Shown here piece after piece: positions 37,832 through 50,935 of a stretch of 64,000 nucleotides of DNA (position 1 is the first letter of the stretch; each line of letters starts with the position of its first letter). Both the position numbers and the translations under genes were made by a program. The notes beneath the pieces are model-generated. The model was not told the DNA's origin. It made no database searches and saw nothing but the letters and a program-made list of their open reading frames with translations. Source of the stretch: Marsupella aquatica (taxonomy: Eukaryota > Plantae > Marchantiophyta); the NCBI GenBank assembly GCA_973895155.1, contig OZ316894.1, positions 4,550,944-4,614,943 on the forward strand, written 5' to 3'.

Positions 37832-40800
37832 CTATGAAATGGAATGGCGTCGCCTTCTTCCACCAATGCGTCCAGACCGAGAATCAGGAGTGTTGGGCTC
37901 CTTGGAATCTATTGGTTTTACTCCGCCAGGGAGTTTAGAGAAGGGATTTAATCTCGTTAGCTTCTTGGAGACGGATGACAGGAAGGTCTTTCCTCCTCCT
38001 CCCTTCTCTATATCTTGCTTCATGTATTGATGGTCTTTCTCTAAGTCGGTGAGCCGCATTCTCATTCTTGCAACCTCCAGCTTCAATTCTCTGTTCTCAC
38101 GGCGGACTGAAGCGTAGTTGTCCCTGGGTGACACGGCAGAGCTGTAGGCTCCACTGATCCTTTGGGAGCTATGGTTATGGTCATTGTCTGCGAAAGACCC
38201 GTTGATGGCCGCTCTCAAGCGGAGCTGCTCAAAGTACAGGACCTGGACCATGATCTGCACGGGAAGCCTTTCATTTTGTGCTGCGTGTGTGCATGCCTCT
38301 TGAGACAGCTTTTGGACGTCCATAAGTTTACAAAGCTTCTTTCTATCCACTTCTGTAAGTGATGGGTGTGCCTGCAGGAAGACGGAACAAGAGGAGGATC
38401 AATACGACAGTTCCACGATTGTAATTTTCAAACCCATGATAAAAACACACAAAAGTATCAACAAATAAACAACAGGAAGGGTGACTAGAAACGCAATAGA
38501 AAAACTCTCCGACTGCACAGTTTAAAGCATGACAATGCCTCTTTGTATTAAAGATAGGTAAGCCTACACGACGATCAGAACAAGATGCTCCAAGTACAAT
38601 TTTGTGCTATCCATTTTCGTGTAGATGAAGCTACAAATTTAGCCAATTGTGGACATGGGTGGAATCTACAGACAGGACGGAAAAAAAGCTCGGCGGAAGA
38701 ATTCACATCCACTGCATTCAACCTATCATGATGCAAATAATAAGTAATCTACCTATGAAGATGAGACAGTGAGGCTGCACTTTAATGTAGAGCATAAAGA
38801 GGACTTATGGCACCACTCAAAGATCGAAATGACATTCACAACGACAGCTCCCTTCCAGCTCACTTGAGAGAGTTCCGATTCACAACCATATACTATCTAT
38901 GACGATAAGTATAGCTCATTTTGGGCCACCACACCAAGAAAACTGCTCAAGAATGGCAACCTCCGTAGAAAATGATGTGTTCGTTGTTCCTGGTGCCGGA
39001 CCTTTTGTCTCAACCCTCTGGCAGGGATAAGGAAAGAATTGCCCATAGAACTAAATCTCAATTTGAAGCAAGAAGATGTGAGACCATTTAGTTCGAAAAG
39101 TGCTGTCACAATTAAAAACTGTTGATGCCTTCAGCTCACCTTAAGGTAAATGTCAATAGCTCTGTAAAGGCCATCGTCGACCACCCGGGCGTACTCGGGG
39201 AGAAGTTCAGCGAGAGTGATGAACTTCGAGAGCTTCAAGTTGGCATCGGGGGCAATCTCAGCCAGGTAGCTATCCAGAAGTTTGGCCACCTTCATGAGCG
39301 AGCTTTGCGTTGGAGAGCCAAGTCCCCCATCCGATTCATACATAGTGTGAGGATCGTTGGCATCCTCATTATCATTCTGCTGCAAGAAGCAACCAACGAT
39401 TCGTTGCACAATATCCACATCAAAGAGAGTGTCCCCTGTGTAAGAGAAGGAGGGGATCAAAAGGTCATCCAGAGTAGCTTGCTCCAGCTGCTGCCCAATC
39501 CGTCTCTCTAAATCTAGACGGCATGCAATGGTCGTTTCAAGGATGATGGCCGTCCTGAGGAGCCCAAACAAGAAAGTGCAAGATGCCGTGTTCCTCTCCG
39601 GGGGCAGAAGACTGACAATGGTCTCGACCAAAATCCTCTGCTCATGCTCAATGGCGGTGGTCGAATCATGCACCTTCTTCTGCTGTTGCCCACCTTTGTA
39701 CATATCTCTCCCACCCTGCTTCCTGTGCAGCCCCTTGAGGGACCTGTGAGCATAGTGCATGAGAGCACCCCCAATGCTCTCATACCTCAGGCCACGAGAC
39801 CTCATGGCGGCCAAAACCCTCTGGTAAAAATCTATTCGGAGCACGGCAAGGTCCTCCGCCCACCAGTCAGCTGGAGCAACCTTTTGGGGCTTCTGGCTAA
39901 AGCTCAGCTTCACGTTGATGCTTCCACTCTCTCGGCCGGACCCCTCAAAGTCTGATTCACCTATCCCCTGAGCGATCTGCTCCCGGCAAGCCTTGGATGC
40001 AATGGCATCGATAGTCCGGCTCACGATTTTCAGCTCCTCAGCCCAGGGCAGAAGATTCTCACAATTGTGAAGGACGGTGATGGAGTCGGCCAGGTTCTGA
40101 CACACCACTTCGTTCAGGAAGGCCTCCGTTCTGGCCACGAGGTTCCCGTCCCCGTACTCCTCGGTCATCTCCAGGTACTCAGCTGCACACCGAAGGACGG
40201 CTACGTTGGCGGTAGTGATCTCGAAGTTGATGCCATAACAAAACCTGGCCGCCATGTCAAAGCCTTCGGACCCGCCAGGAACGTTTGGCAGCTCCATTTG
40301 GGAGACGTCCGACTCCCCGGCTTGCACCACCAGCATCCTGATCCGTCCGCATCGTGAGACCAGCGGAAACTGTGATGTCCATTCCAATTCATTCGACCAC
40401 AAAGCCAAGCCACACCATTGAAACAAACAACTGTCAGCCCGTACTGTCCCGTACAACAGTCGTCATCCGCCGCCAACAAACAATGATTGTAGTAGTGTAC
40501 CGTCCATTCCAAACAACCGTGCAACTCAAATCAACATCCAGTACACATAATTATAGTGAAAAGCAATCACCTGGCAATCATTATCACTCTTTTGCACCCT
40601 CGGGAGTCCATAAGCCATGATGAAGGCAGAATGAGATAGAAGGCAACGACCAGAATGATGATTAATTCAGTGGAGCACCACAAGATCCTACGCACACACT
40701 AACCTTGTGAAGAGCAAAGCTGACGCCACCAACGATGACCACCACGTCGCTCGGGACATCAGTTGCCAGGACCCTGCACATCAACCATGACAATCAGAAC

Positions 40801-43626
40801 TTTTCAGTAAGTTATTCCATCCCCCAAACAACCAGAGCAAGTAGGCGTCCAAACAACCTGAGCCACGAGTTCGTTAGTTGTAACCAACCAGCACTCCGAA
40901 ATTCATCACCCCAGATAACCGGAGGCAAATCGGAGCTATTTAGTTCATTACCCAACTAAACGGGAGCTACATATTTCATCATCCCAGACAATCAGAGTCA
41001 TTAAGTTCGTCACCCAAGGCAACGATTGACACTGAATGCGTCACCTCGGACTGACGTTGAAGCCATACAGCCAATCAAGCAAGACAATCAGAACCTTTCA
41101 GTTCATTACACAAGACAATCAGGGCTTTTGCTTTCCGTCATTGAGTTCGGTCGTTCGTACTTTAGTACCACTCTAAATTCACAAGCATGACGGTCGCACG
41201 GGTTGTAACATGCTGCGCTCGCTGTGAAATGCCTCTCCTAGATCAGGAAAGACTCGAGTGGTGACCTTGAGTGAAAACAAGCATTGTACATATTCACAAC
41301 TCATGGCTGTACTTGTAGACGGTGCCCTCTCATCTACAGCTCCCATTTGCGGACGTGCTTCCCGCAGAGGCACCATCCGACGGAGCAGATCAGGACGGTA
41401 AAATCTCGCCTTTTTGGCTATTGATTCCACATCGTCCGCGCCCCACCCGCGATTCGATCTTGCCAACCAGAGGACAGGCGGATATCGTTTTGAAAACTTG
41501 CGGCTACGAAGTTCGAAGTGAGTTTGAAGTGAGTTTGCCTCAGACCCAACAATCCTAATCTTCAGGAACTGATATGAAAGCAGCTATGCCAGAAAACTGT
41601 CCTCAGCGAGAGTCCGATGGCAGCAGCTTGCGCTTGTGGTGACCAATACGATCAAAAATCGTGGAATGTAGGATGTGCTTAACACACAGCACCAATGACA
41701 ACACTAAAAACGTGACATTCCGGGGAGTCCGAGGAGCGAGAAGCAGACCGTAGGATAGTCCCTTGATAGAAAAATATTCAACAGTCAGGGCAAGAGGGGA
41801 AACCAAACTAACACTTGAAGCCGAGAGGCAAAGAACAAAAAGCAAGGCTTTTCATCGAGCAATATGAATTCAAAATTGACAGACACATAGCACAATTAAG
41901 TCACTAGAAGCATCTCACAATAAGAGCAAATCCACCACCTTCGAACATTTGTTTCAAAGCATATCATTGGAACAGATGTCCGAGAGAACGGGGTCACAAC
42001 CTGAGGGGTTGCTTGACTTGAACTTCAGTTTCAATTTCATCCCTGATAAATAGACAAGGAATGATCCATAAATATGGAGTGGCAATAACGATATAATCTT
42101 CATAATCGAATGCACCAACCAGCCAACCAAAGTAAAAAGACTACAATCTCCTCAACCAAAAACAAAAAGGAACTAAAAGGGGACCCCAGAAACAGGTCAA
42201 ACACTGCAAGTAAATTGAGGAAAAATACGACGAACATTGATCGCCCAGCCAGAGTCCAGCCTCTAGGTGGAGGACACAAAAAGAGATGAAAGGAGTATAA
42301 AGATCCAGAGAGCATCTGAAACAGCAACAAAATCGAACAGAGTGAAGCACGGATCGGTAGATATGCTCCAATCGGTCGCAGCTTTGTGAACACCACTATA
42401 CAAGCCCCTGATTCCGATTTCCCAGCTCGGGAATCGCTTCTCGCTAATCTAGATGAGTCGTCTCTAGGCCATTAGCTGTTCATCCATGTGTTAATGTTCA
42501 GATTTCATGCGGCACTTCAACCAAATGTGGCAATGGCTCGGATCGATGATCGGAGTACCACCCCGGTCCGATGCTGCAGCTATGGGTGACCGAATAGATA
42601 GCCGAGCTACCTCTATACTAAGTGCCTGCCTCCCCTAACTACAGGACCGTCCACTCCAGCCAACGAAGAACTCAAGGCTCGTCCGCAACACCAGAGGTAG
42701 AGTACCATTCCTGTAAGCATACCCGAGATCATAAGCTCACCGTTATGCTCGGAGCGAAGTGGAGTACCTCATTCACGAAGCAAATGATTGCCTTGGAGTA
42801 ATTTATTCACGGAGCTCCCTAGAACTATATTGCTGCAGAGAACGTAGACATCCATGCAGGATGGCATTTACCGTTGAGGACTTGGGCCAAGCTGCCTAAG
42901 TGTCAAGAACACCTCCTACCTCTCCCAAAGTAGGACAATCGTACGTAGCTCTGCACGGTTACGAGAATTAAGGAGAAACACAGCATTGAAAGTCATGACC
43001 CAGACAGCGAATATCTTTCGCCACCTGTTTGGGAGGAAATGAGGTGGTCCGTCAGCTCCATGTCACCCCGAGGATGTAGAACAAATGCCACGATCGACAT
43101 GGATGGATGATGAAGCACAATTCGGTGATGAATATCACATAGGAACAAATTCCCAGCTGTCGGATGCAACGATGGAGCATCTGATCTAGCCAGCATTGGC
43201 ATGGGCGGACAATACTTCAGAGATTATATAGACAGACTAGACAGGGACACAGCCAGTGAGGAATAGGAAAGCAGGTGCCCTGACCCCTCTTTCACATTGA
43301 GCGAATGGAAGAGAAGAGAACCAAAGTACGATGACAAAATGGGGAGGTCAATTCTCGTACCTCTCTCGGGATAGAGGACGCGTCAACGAGGACAAACCGT
43401 AATTTACCAGCTCACTCAGTGGTCACTGAACTATTCAATCAAACACGCCAAAAGAATGCTTTCAACCCGAAATCAACAGAGCATCCAGAAATCGATCCTT
43501 CCACCACCAAGTCTCAAATCAGGCATCCAACCACACTTACCAGTCGTTAGTCCGTTTCATCGTAAAGCTGGTGCGAAAAGGCCGCTTCACCACAGCAGCC
43601 TTCTCGGGCTTCGCTGAGACGGCCAT
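37832..43626 (-). CDS. NCH1: BTB/POZ-NPH3 (NRL family) protein of the NCH1/RPT2 clade. Exons (5' to 3'): 43626-43541, 40773-40704, 40369-39140, 38371-37832
   Basis: MKRTNDW-VLATDVPSDV...FALHK-FPLVSRCG (BTB), WWAEDL, LDLERRIG, VDDGLYRAIDIYLK-AHP, HAAQNERLP, SPRDNYASVRRENRELKLEVARMRMRLTDLEKDH, and C-terminal RRHSIS (phototropin-site RxSxS motif). The 70-nt second exon is typical of the family. Confidence 0.9.
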
Positions 43627-44219
43627 GTCTTCACCTCCAAACACCTCCAGCTCTGCGACACCAGGTCCTTAACCTTCGAGCAATGCACCAGACCTTCTCC
43701 ACCTCCTGTGCTCCGTTTCTCACCTCAATGGCAACCTCCTCCACCTTCCTCCCCTGTCCAGCTCCCCCTCCAGCTTCTCCACGTTCTCTTGCATCCAGAT
43801 CTTCGTGCTCTCCTCTCCTCTCCCCTCCCCTCCTCTACGCTCCTCAACTGCACCCCACCCCAACCCTCCCCCTGTCCTCCACTCTGCCTGCCTGCCTGCC
43901 TGTCTGCTCTACTCTACTGATTTCTGTTCTCCATTCTGAAGATCTTCCTCGTCCTCGCTAGTAGTACACCGCACTGGAGTTGCTCGATCCATCAACGGGT
44001 TCACTCTCCCCCGAGAAACGCTCTGCCAGCAGCGCTTCTGGAGTTGAGTGGTCTGATGATTCTCTCGCTATCCGAGGTGATGATGCATTGCGCAAGACGT
44101 CCCGAGCAGCCAGGCACGAATGCAGGAAGGCACTTCCGACGAGGAAGAAGAGGAGGAGGAGGAGGAGGATCGCTCGTCTTCTCTGCTGCAGCTGCTCTGC
44201 AAGGCACTACAGTATTGAA

Positions 44220-44725
44220 ATGGGCAGAGGGGAACCAGAGGTAAGGCAGGGGGTAGAAGGGACGAAGGGGAACCAAGGAGGGCAGACACTGCCCGCAAAG
44301 AGAGCTTCTTAGCTTTTAGCGTTTGGTGCAATTTGGACACTGAGAGAGTGCCCGGCGAGTGGGGACAGTGGTGGGCCCCGCAATAGGGGCAGCGATACTC
44401 CGGGGCAGGCCTCGAAAGCCACAGGGGAACGAAGGAGGGCATACAGACACTGCCCGCAAAGAGCGTTTCCGGTGCAATTTGGGCTCTGGAGAGAGTGAGT
44501 GGGGCAGGCAGGGAAGTGGTGGGCCCCACTTTATGGGCAGAGGGGAGCCAGGCGGATCTGCAGAGCGGCCCGGGCAGGGCTAAAAGCCGCAGAGGAACGA
44601 AGGAGGGCAGACAGTGGCCGTAAAGTTAGCTTTTTTAGTTGATTACGTTTTCTGGCTTTCTGCAATTTGGGCGAGTGGGGCAGGCTGTGGAGGCTGTGGG
44701 CCCCGCAGTAATGGGCAGCGAGATG
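44220..44725. repeat. Three degenerate ~160-bp tandem copies upstream of NCH1
   Basis: AAGGAGGGCA...AGACA(C/G)TG(C/G)CCG(C/T)AAAG at ~44275, ~44431 and ~44599. TGCAATTTGG at ~44327, ~44473 and ~44661. GTGGGCCCC at ~44370, ~44519 and ~44696. Confidence 0.75.
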
Positions 44726-47660
44726 AGCCATTAGGGTCACCTCAAGGAGCTGAGAAACATCAAATTTCTCTGAGCTCTGGGTGACTTTTGGTACTTGACT
44801 GCATGTGGTCTGGCCGTTTTATTCCCATTATTTACTGGGTTTTACTTGTCTTATGAATAAAGTATTTCTTTCAAGGAAAAAAAAAAAAAACATCAAATTT
44901 CAGTGCACTAGTTTGCTTACCAGTCCAATTAAAAACATCCACAAATTGCCAACTGAAGTGACAGAGAGCAATATGAGAACCACGAAGTTGTAGCAAATAT
45001 TTTCCTTTTAAATTTACAGTCCAATTTTTATGGATTATTTATCAAGATTTTAAGTTTTAATCAAGGAACATTACGAAAGTGGATACATCAGTGTCTTACC
45101 ATCAACAAGGTTGGAGTAGTTCTCAAATATTACAAGTTATATAAATTCTACCTACAAATTAAATTGCCTCAGGCACTGAAATTTTTGTGAAATGCTTATT
45201 TTGGGAGGCTTGGTACATTTAGTGTTGTTTGTCCATTTGTCCGTGTACAGGGAGCAACAAAGGGTGCCAGCGGAAGTAGTTTGGTGAAGTAAATTATACA
45301 AATTAGAAGTATATAGATTTCAGGATAAATAACAATAAAAAAACTTCACCTGGCCTACTTGTTCATCCCAGCAAAAGCCAGGTCCTGCAGAATCCATGTC
45401 ATTCTCCTATTCAGATTGGTCCCATATTTCTGATTTAATGGTAAAACAATGTAACTTGTTAGTTAGTTAAGCTAGACTACACTCATGAGAGATTTCATTT
45501 TGATTTATACAATGTCATTGTGTTCACAATGTAGCAACAATAAGTGATGTTGATAGAAAATGTTGTTGAACACAAGTGAGATGATCATGCAACTAGATAG
45601 TGCCACAAGTCCACCTGATACAAGTGGGATATGAGGAGACTGACAGGTTGGGTACCGCAAAAGTGCACACACCCTCACTTCCATCCCATGGTGAGGAAAA
45701 AATTTCACCATAATCAAATGGTTAGGGAGGCTCCCCGCCAGAACAATAGTCCCTAAGCAAACCAATAAAGAAAGGGAGCCAAATTGTATACTATAGTGTT
45801 CAGATTATGTGAGAGCTCATTTTACTTATTTTTGGGTCGGAAAGAGTGGGAAACACACCCTAGGACCTCTTCTCAGGTAGGGGGAAACCATTTATTTCAT
45901 ACCAGCTGATACGTAACTTGCCAGCTGCCTTCCCCAAAAACCCCAGAGATGCCACTTTGAAGGGTATCCTATTCAATTGCGTGCTCGGTAACCATAAAGC
46001 CTATCCTTGTCTCTATGTTCACAATGTGCCTATTCTAGTAGTGCTATGCCATCCTTTGTTATACTCTCACAGAAGTCAACAAAAAAATGGGTGCAAAAAA
46101 GGCATAGCTAATAGATTACGTCAACGCCTATTATACAGTTGTAATCGACGGCCCGATTCGCACCCTCATGGTCGTCGTATTACAGCCGTCGATCCTCAGG
46201 TCTCTAAAGAGTTATCGACATTTGGATAAGCTGACCTAAGCTCAGTCAAAATCGCGTCAAACTCTACAGTCAACCGAAGGCTACTCGAGTTCACTTCTGA
46301 CACCTTGATGTGGAGCGAATCCGTGCACTCCCATAAAGTGGTCCCCTTCTAAGGGCCGTCGATCTGACATCGGCCCAACCGCAGTTACCGTAACTCTAAG
46401 ACAGCGGAGAATCTGGGACGCGATTGTACAGTATACGTAGTATCACCGTAGTATCTTGACTGAAGTACAGTATCCTAGGGAGGTCCGTGGTCAGGGTTAA
46501 GCGTATGCTGCGGAGGATAAGGGTTGGGTTTAGGAGATCGCGCTGGTGTGGAACGTGTGGTTGGGGCAGCTGTCAGAGATCAGGCAGGACTTCCCATTGG
46601 ACGTCATGATGCTTTCTATACATGGATGGAAGTTCATGCTGGGTTAGGGGACCCGCCCCCAGTCTGGCGCCGCACCAGAGCCACTAATTTCTATGAGGGG
46701 AATATTCAGGGGCATTGGCACTCCAGAACGAAACCAAGCTCTTCTCTGTGATTCTTACTCTCAACTATCCCATCTCCAAAACTAATTTACTGATCAGGGT
46801 GCTCCCCGTTTGGGATATGGGTTGGGGCAACCTGATGATTATATTATTTTCGGGGACATATTAATAATTTTGAGTACTTTTGGGGACAGGAAGATACAAA
46901 ACTGTTTTAGGTTCTATTGCCATTCTCTTTGAGTTATTTGTAGAGTAGCTTTTAAGTATATTTTCACTAAAAATGTTTGAATTTACAATATTTTCACATT
47001 TTTTTATTTATAAAAATATTTAGAATATTTTCATGATTTTTCTATTTACAAAACTTTCACTCCTTATATTGTTCCCCTGGTTACTTTGGTGAACTTGTCA
47101 TCCATATACTAAATCTTTATTTTTTATAGATACAAAAACAAATTGTGACAATATTGTTAATTACGGACCCCACTAGAGGTCCCTTCCAAAATTCCTGGCA
47201 CCACAGCGTGCCACATCAACAACAACCGCAACAAACAAGACTCGTCGGTTTTGTGAATCAAACTTATAGTTTTCATTCGTGTTTGTGTCAATTTGGATGT
47301 AAATTTTGGGACGGTGTGTCGTAAAAAGAAAAGTAAAAACATTGGAAATGCAAAGAGCAAGAAGGTTAAAACTGTCACTATGTAACCATTTTAGTTACAT
47401 TTCCAATTTTAAAACTTAAATTCAAAGATTTATAAAAAGTATTTTTCATATAATAAATAATGACTAATAACTAACTTGATAACTTCCTTGTTAAACCGCA
47501 ACTCCCGGTATGTAAGGACCTCTCGTATTGTACGGCCATTATGCTGGGAAGAGCACATAGAAACCCAGGATGGGGGAGGAGGAGTGGTTGGAATCTTGAA
47601 AGTTCATTGAATTTTATACTCAAAACTATTTACTCATTCTCAAAACAAAAATACCCAGTC

Positions 47661-47950
47661 GTAGATCTCATTGAGATCTTTCTTTTGCACCCTAGATTGC
47701 CTTCTAACATGGATGAATAAGATTTCTAGAGGCATTACAAAATGGACAGCAAAGATCATAAAATCAACAAAATCGACGGCTAGGAAGGCTTGGATTTGTT
47801 TAATTTTTCATTTGAAAAATATTAACCCATTTTCAAAACGGACAGAATCCATCCATAGATCTATTTGAGATCTTTCTTTTGAGCCATAGGTTGGCCATTA
47901 TGATGGACGGACGAGATTTCCGGAGATAAGAAATGGAGACGGCTCAGATC
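47661..47950. repeat. Diverged ~100-bp direct repeat pair, probably internal to an old TE
   Basis: TAGATCT..TTGAGATCTTT(T)CTTTTG...AGATTTC..GAG...AAATGGA...AGATC at ~47661 and ~47855. Confidence 0.6.
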
Positions 47951-48626
47951 GACTCTTCCCCTGATTTTATTAGCCAAGGGGTCCACGAACTAATTAGAAC
48001 ATATGTAGTGGCAAAGTACTTTAAAATTTTGATTTTTGGAGATTATTCCTGGGAGCTTTCTGGCCCTTGCCCTTGGAAATGCTAGTTTCATGATGTCTGG
48101 CTTTGCACATGAGGGGCTAATGACATTTTTCTCTCAACCATTTGTATGCTCCTGTCAGTCAAATTTAGTGCCAAATTTTAAAGGGCCAATAACATGTGAG
48201 TTGGCTCTAAGGTTGAGTTGACTCTAACGGGAGTCCCATACCCCTAATTACATTGTTCACTTTGTAATTAGTGTTATGCAAGATTTAGCATTAGTAAATT
48301 AGTTATACAAAAACACCAATTTTGTGCTAAGTTTGTACCTTCCCACTAAACAATCTAAAGCCCTTCTCCAGGGTAACCAGTATTACTTAGAAAGGTCTAA
48401 GCCATGTTGACTCTGTTTCAACCCATGCAACCCACTCAAATGAGATAACAGTATTTTGGCATCTATTACTTGTTGGAATAAAAAACAATTATAATTTTAC
48501 ACAGGTCTTATGCCAACTGGAATGGCTCTTCCTTCTATGCATCGAATTACACCTCATGCCCCTAGCCCACCTGAAAAGCTCACTAGCTGTACTGCACAAT
48601 GGAATACTAAGAGACAATCCATAGTT

Positions 48627-48784
48627 GAGAGAGATACTTGATGGACCCCCAAAATGTAAAGTGTTTCTTGATGGACCCATGAGTGATCCAAACAGTTGAT
48701 AGATCTCAAATCAATATACCCAAAAGCCCATGGGGTCTATCAAGTAAGACATTTCAATTTAGGGGTCCATCAAGTATGTCTCTC
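48627..48784. mobile_element. Mutator-type MITE (158 bp)
   Basis: TIRs GAGAGAGATACTTGATGGACCCC / revcomp GAGAGACATACTTGATGGACCCC, extending ~55 bp. 10-bp TSD ATCCATAGTT at 48617-48626 and 48785-48794. Confidence 0.88.
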
Positions 48785-50569
48785 ATCCATAGTTTGTCTA
48801 TCAGAGAAGTTGGAAGAATAGTTCAGAACTATATATCCAGGGGAAACTCACCAAAGCTATCGTGCTAAACTGAAATGGAGCAGCTCTGTTTGGACAGTCT
48901 CCACCAACCCTTCTCCACTCTGTTTGGTGCAAACACAAAAGTTAGCTGCCATTTTTTATTATCTTCATGATAGGGTAGTATTGGGGTGATTAGGGTAGCA
49001 AGTTAGGGGATAAACGTTGGGTCTGAACCAGTGCTTACTGGACAGTCTCCCTGTAACTGGGGTTGACCAAACCCAATTACTAAAATGTCAAAAGTCATGT
49101 TCAACCTTCCCTGTAAGGCTATCAAATTCTCAGGACTAGATCTTTTGGTTACTGGATCTGTATTGGAAGAATCAATACAAATCTTGCTTTTGATTACCTC
49201 ATGGCTTTTACAAATCCTCTCTCAAGTTGTTTATTCTACCTGTGTTATCCTCACAAAACCTACAGTCAGGTGTGAACGATAGCCTAATTCCTCAAGGCTA
49301 CATTGCTGGGATTTAGTAACCTAGAAGGACTCAAGTAACCAGTTGTGAACTGACCCTAATCCCAACTGCAAGATAGACAGATATGACGTGACTGTATGAG
49401 GAGGTGACTTGGCCACCAACAACATGTTCCCTAGCTTTGCCTTAAATCATCAAAGTATGCCCATGCTGGACATATGTGAGTGTTTAGAAGGAGAGAGCTG
49501 AGAACTAAAACTAGGCAATAAGGTTCACATCTTGTAGACTGCAGCTACAGCAATAGCACAAGATTTGAGAACTATTTTGCAATCCCTTGAAACCTAGCTC
49601 CAAGGCCCACTTGAGCAACAATGTCTTACCTCCAAACAACACAAGATAGCATTAGTTTGGAGTCTTCTGAGTTTCAGATCAAATTTTCCCAAAAACCTAG
49701 TTCCAATGTCCCATTCACTGTTGCATCAAAAACAAGGGGCATTGCCTATGGTAGAGCAACAACTTTAGCTCTTGCCACGAGCCTTTCTCTCACTACAACA
49801 AGGCTCAGTTTTTCATTGTTAGCTTCCCTGTATTCACTTGTTTGAGCAGAGGTTGCCCACTCCTGAGCTGCGCTCCTTGTCAGTGTCTGGTATTATCATT
49901 TCCAGCCCGGGTTTTTCAGCTTTTCAAGTGACATTTGGCTCATGGTATGGTATACTTGATGCACGGGACTTCCATGGTGTACTGGCCTTAGTTCGGCCTT
50001 TGGGCATTTGTACTCTTTTCCCCTTCCATAAAATGGAGAATTTTCCTGAGTGTGAGCTGCCTGGCAAGTTGTGTGGGGGTTTCTTAGGAGGGGTTTTCCC
50101 TCCCCTCCCCCCACTAACCACAATTAAAAAAATAACTTAGTTATCTTTGCACCCATGCCATCCCTTCATGTTATACTTCAACTCCATGAAACGATGAATG
50201 ACGAGCATTTCCAAGCTGTTGATGCACAACCCTCAAGATTTCATCAAACAGATTAATAGCAATTGAAACAATCAAGAAGTAAAAGACAAGTGAAATGCCA
50301 AACATGAATTTGCGATTGCATGTGGCGGTACTCTCATTGACTTATAATCATATTTACATAGCTTTGTTTATATCATCCTTTGTAGACCTCTTGTGCTTAC
50401 TGAAGGTTCGTGTTATGTGGACATTCAATAAATGTCTTCACATTTGCATTTAAGTGTCTTAGGTATTATGTTTTGACCATTGTGAATGATTGATTTATAT
50501 TCTTCAACTCAATCCCCGCACACTAAACTTTCACACCCCATAACACAGCGGCAATGACAACATGACCTC

Positions 50570-50935
50570 AATGACCTCCTTTTGCGGGGGGATTCACCCC
50601 CTATACTTTAGTCACATATCAAGTTGGGTATCTTTTCTGGTGAAACGTGGTTTCCAAGTGAATATTACAATCCTTTTGTAGCCATAACGAGGCCTCGTCT
50701 CAATCAATTTAAAAGTGTCTGAGCTCCTCATTACCAGAATACCAGGGCATTGGGAGCAATAATAACCACCTGAAAACTTGGGCTAAATCCCTCCTTTTGG
50801 GGGCATTACATCCCATGGTGCTGTAGTTATAGATCAAGTTGGCATCTGTTTTGGGGGAAAGGGAGGGGGATTCCAAAATTCCAAGTGAATGTTACAATCC
50901 TTTTTTAGCCATCACGAGGCCTCGTCTCAATCACG
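50570..50935. repeat. Diverged direct repeat (~220-bp period)
   Basis: TTCCAAGTGAATRTTACAATCCTTTT..TAGCCATMACGAGGCCTCGTCTCAATCA at ~50652 and ~50879; CTCCTTTT(T)G.GGGG at ~50576 and ~50792. Confidence 0.7.

Noticed and set aside
39122-40620. Several + strand ORFs over NCH1 exon 3
   Set aside because: Antisense shadows of a GC-rich coding exon.
45700-46900. CpG-richer segment that might be a solo LTR or old TE
   Set aside because: No TG...CA boundaries with TSD, TIRs or coding motifs could be fixed.
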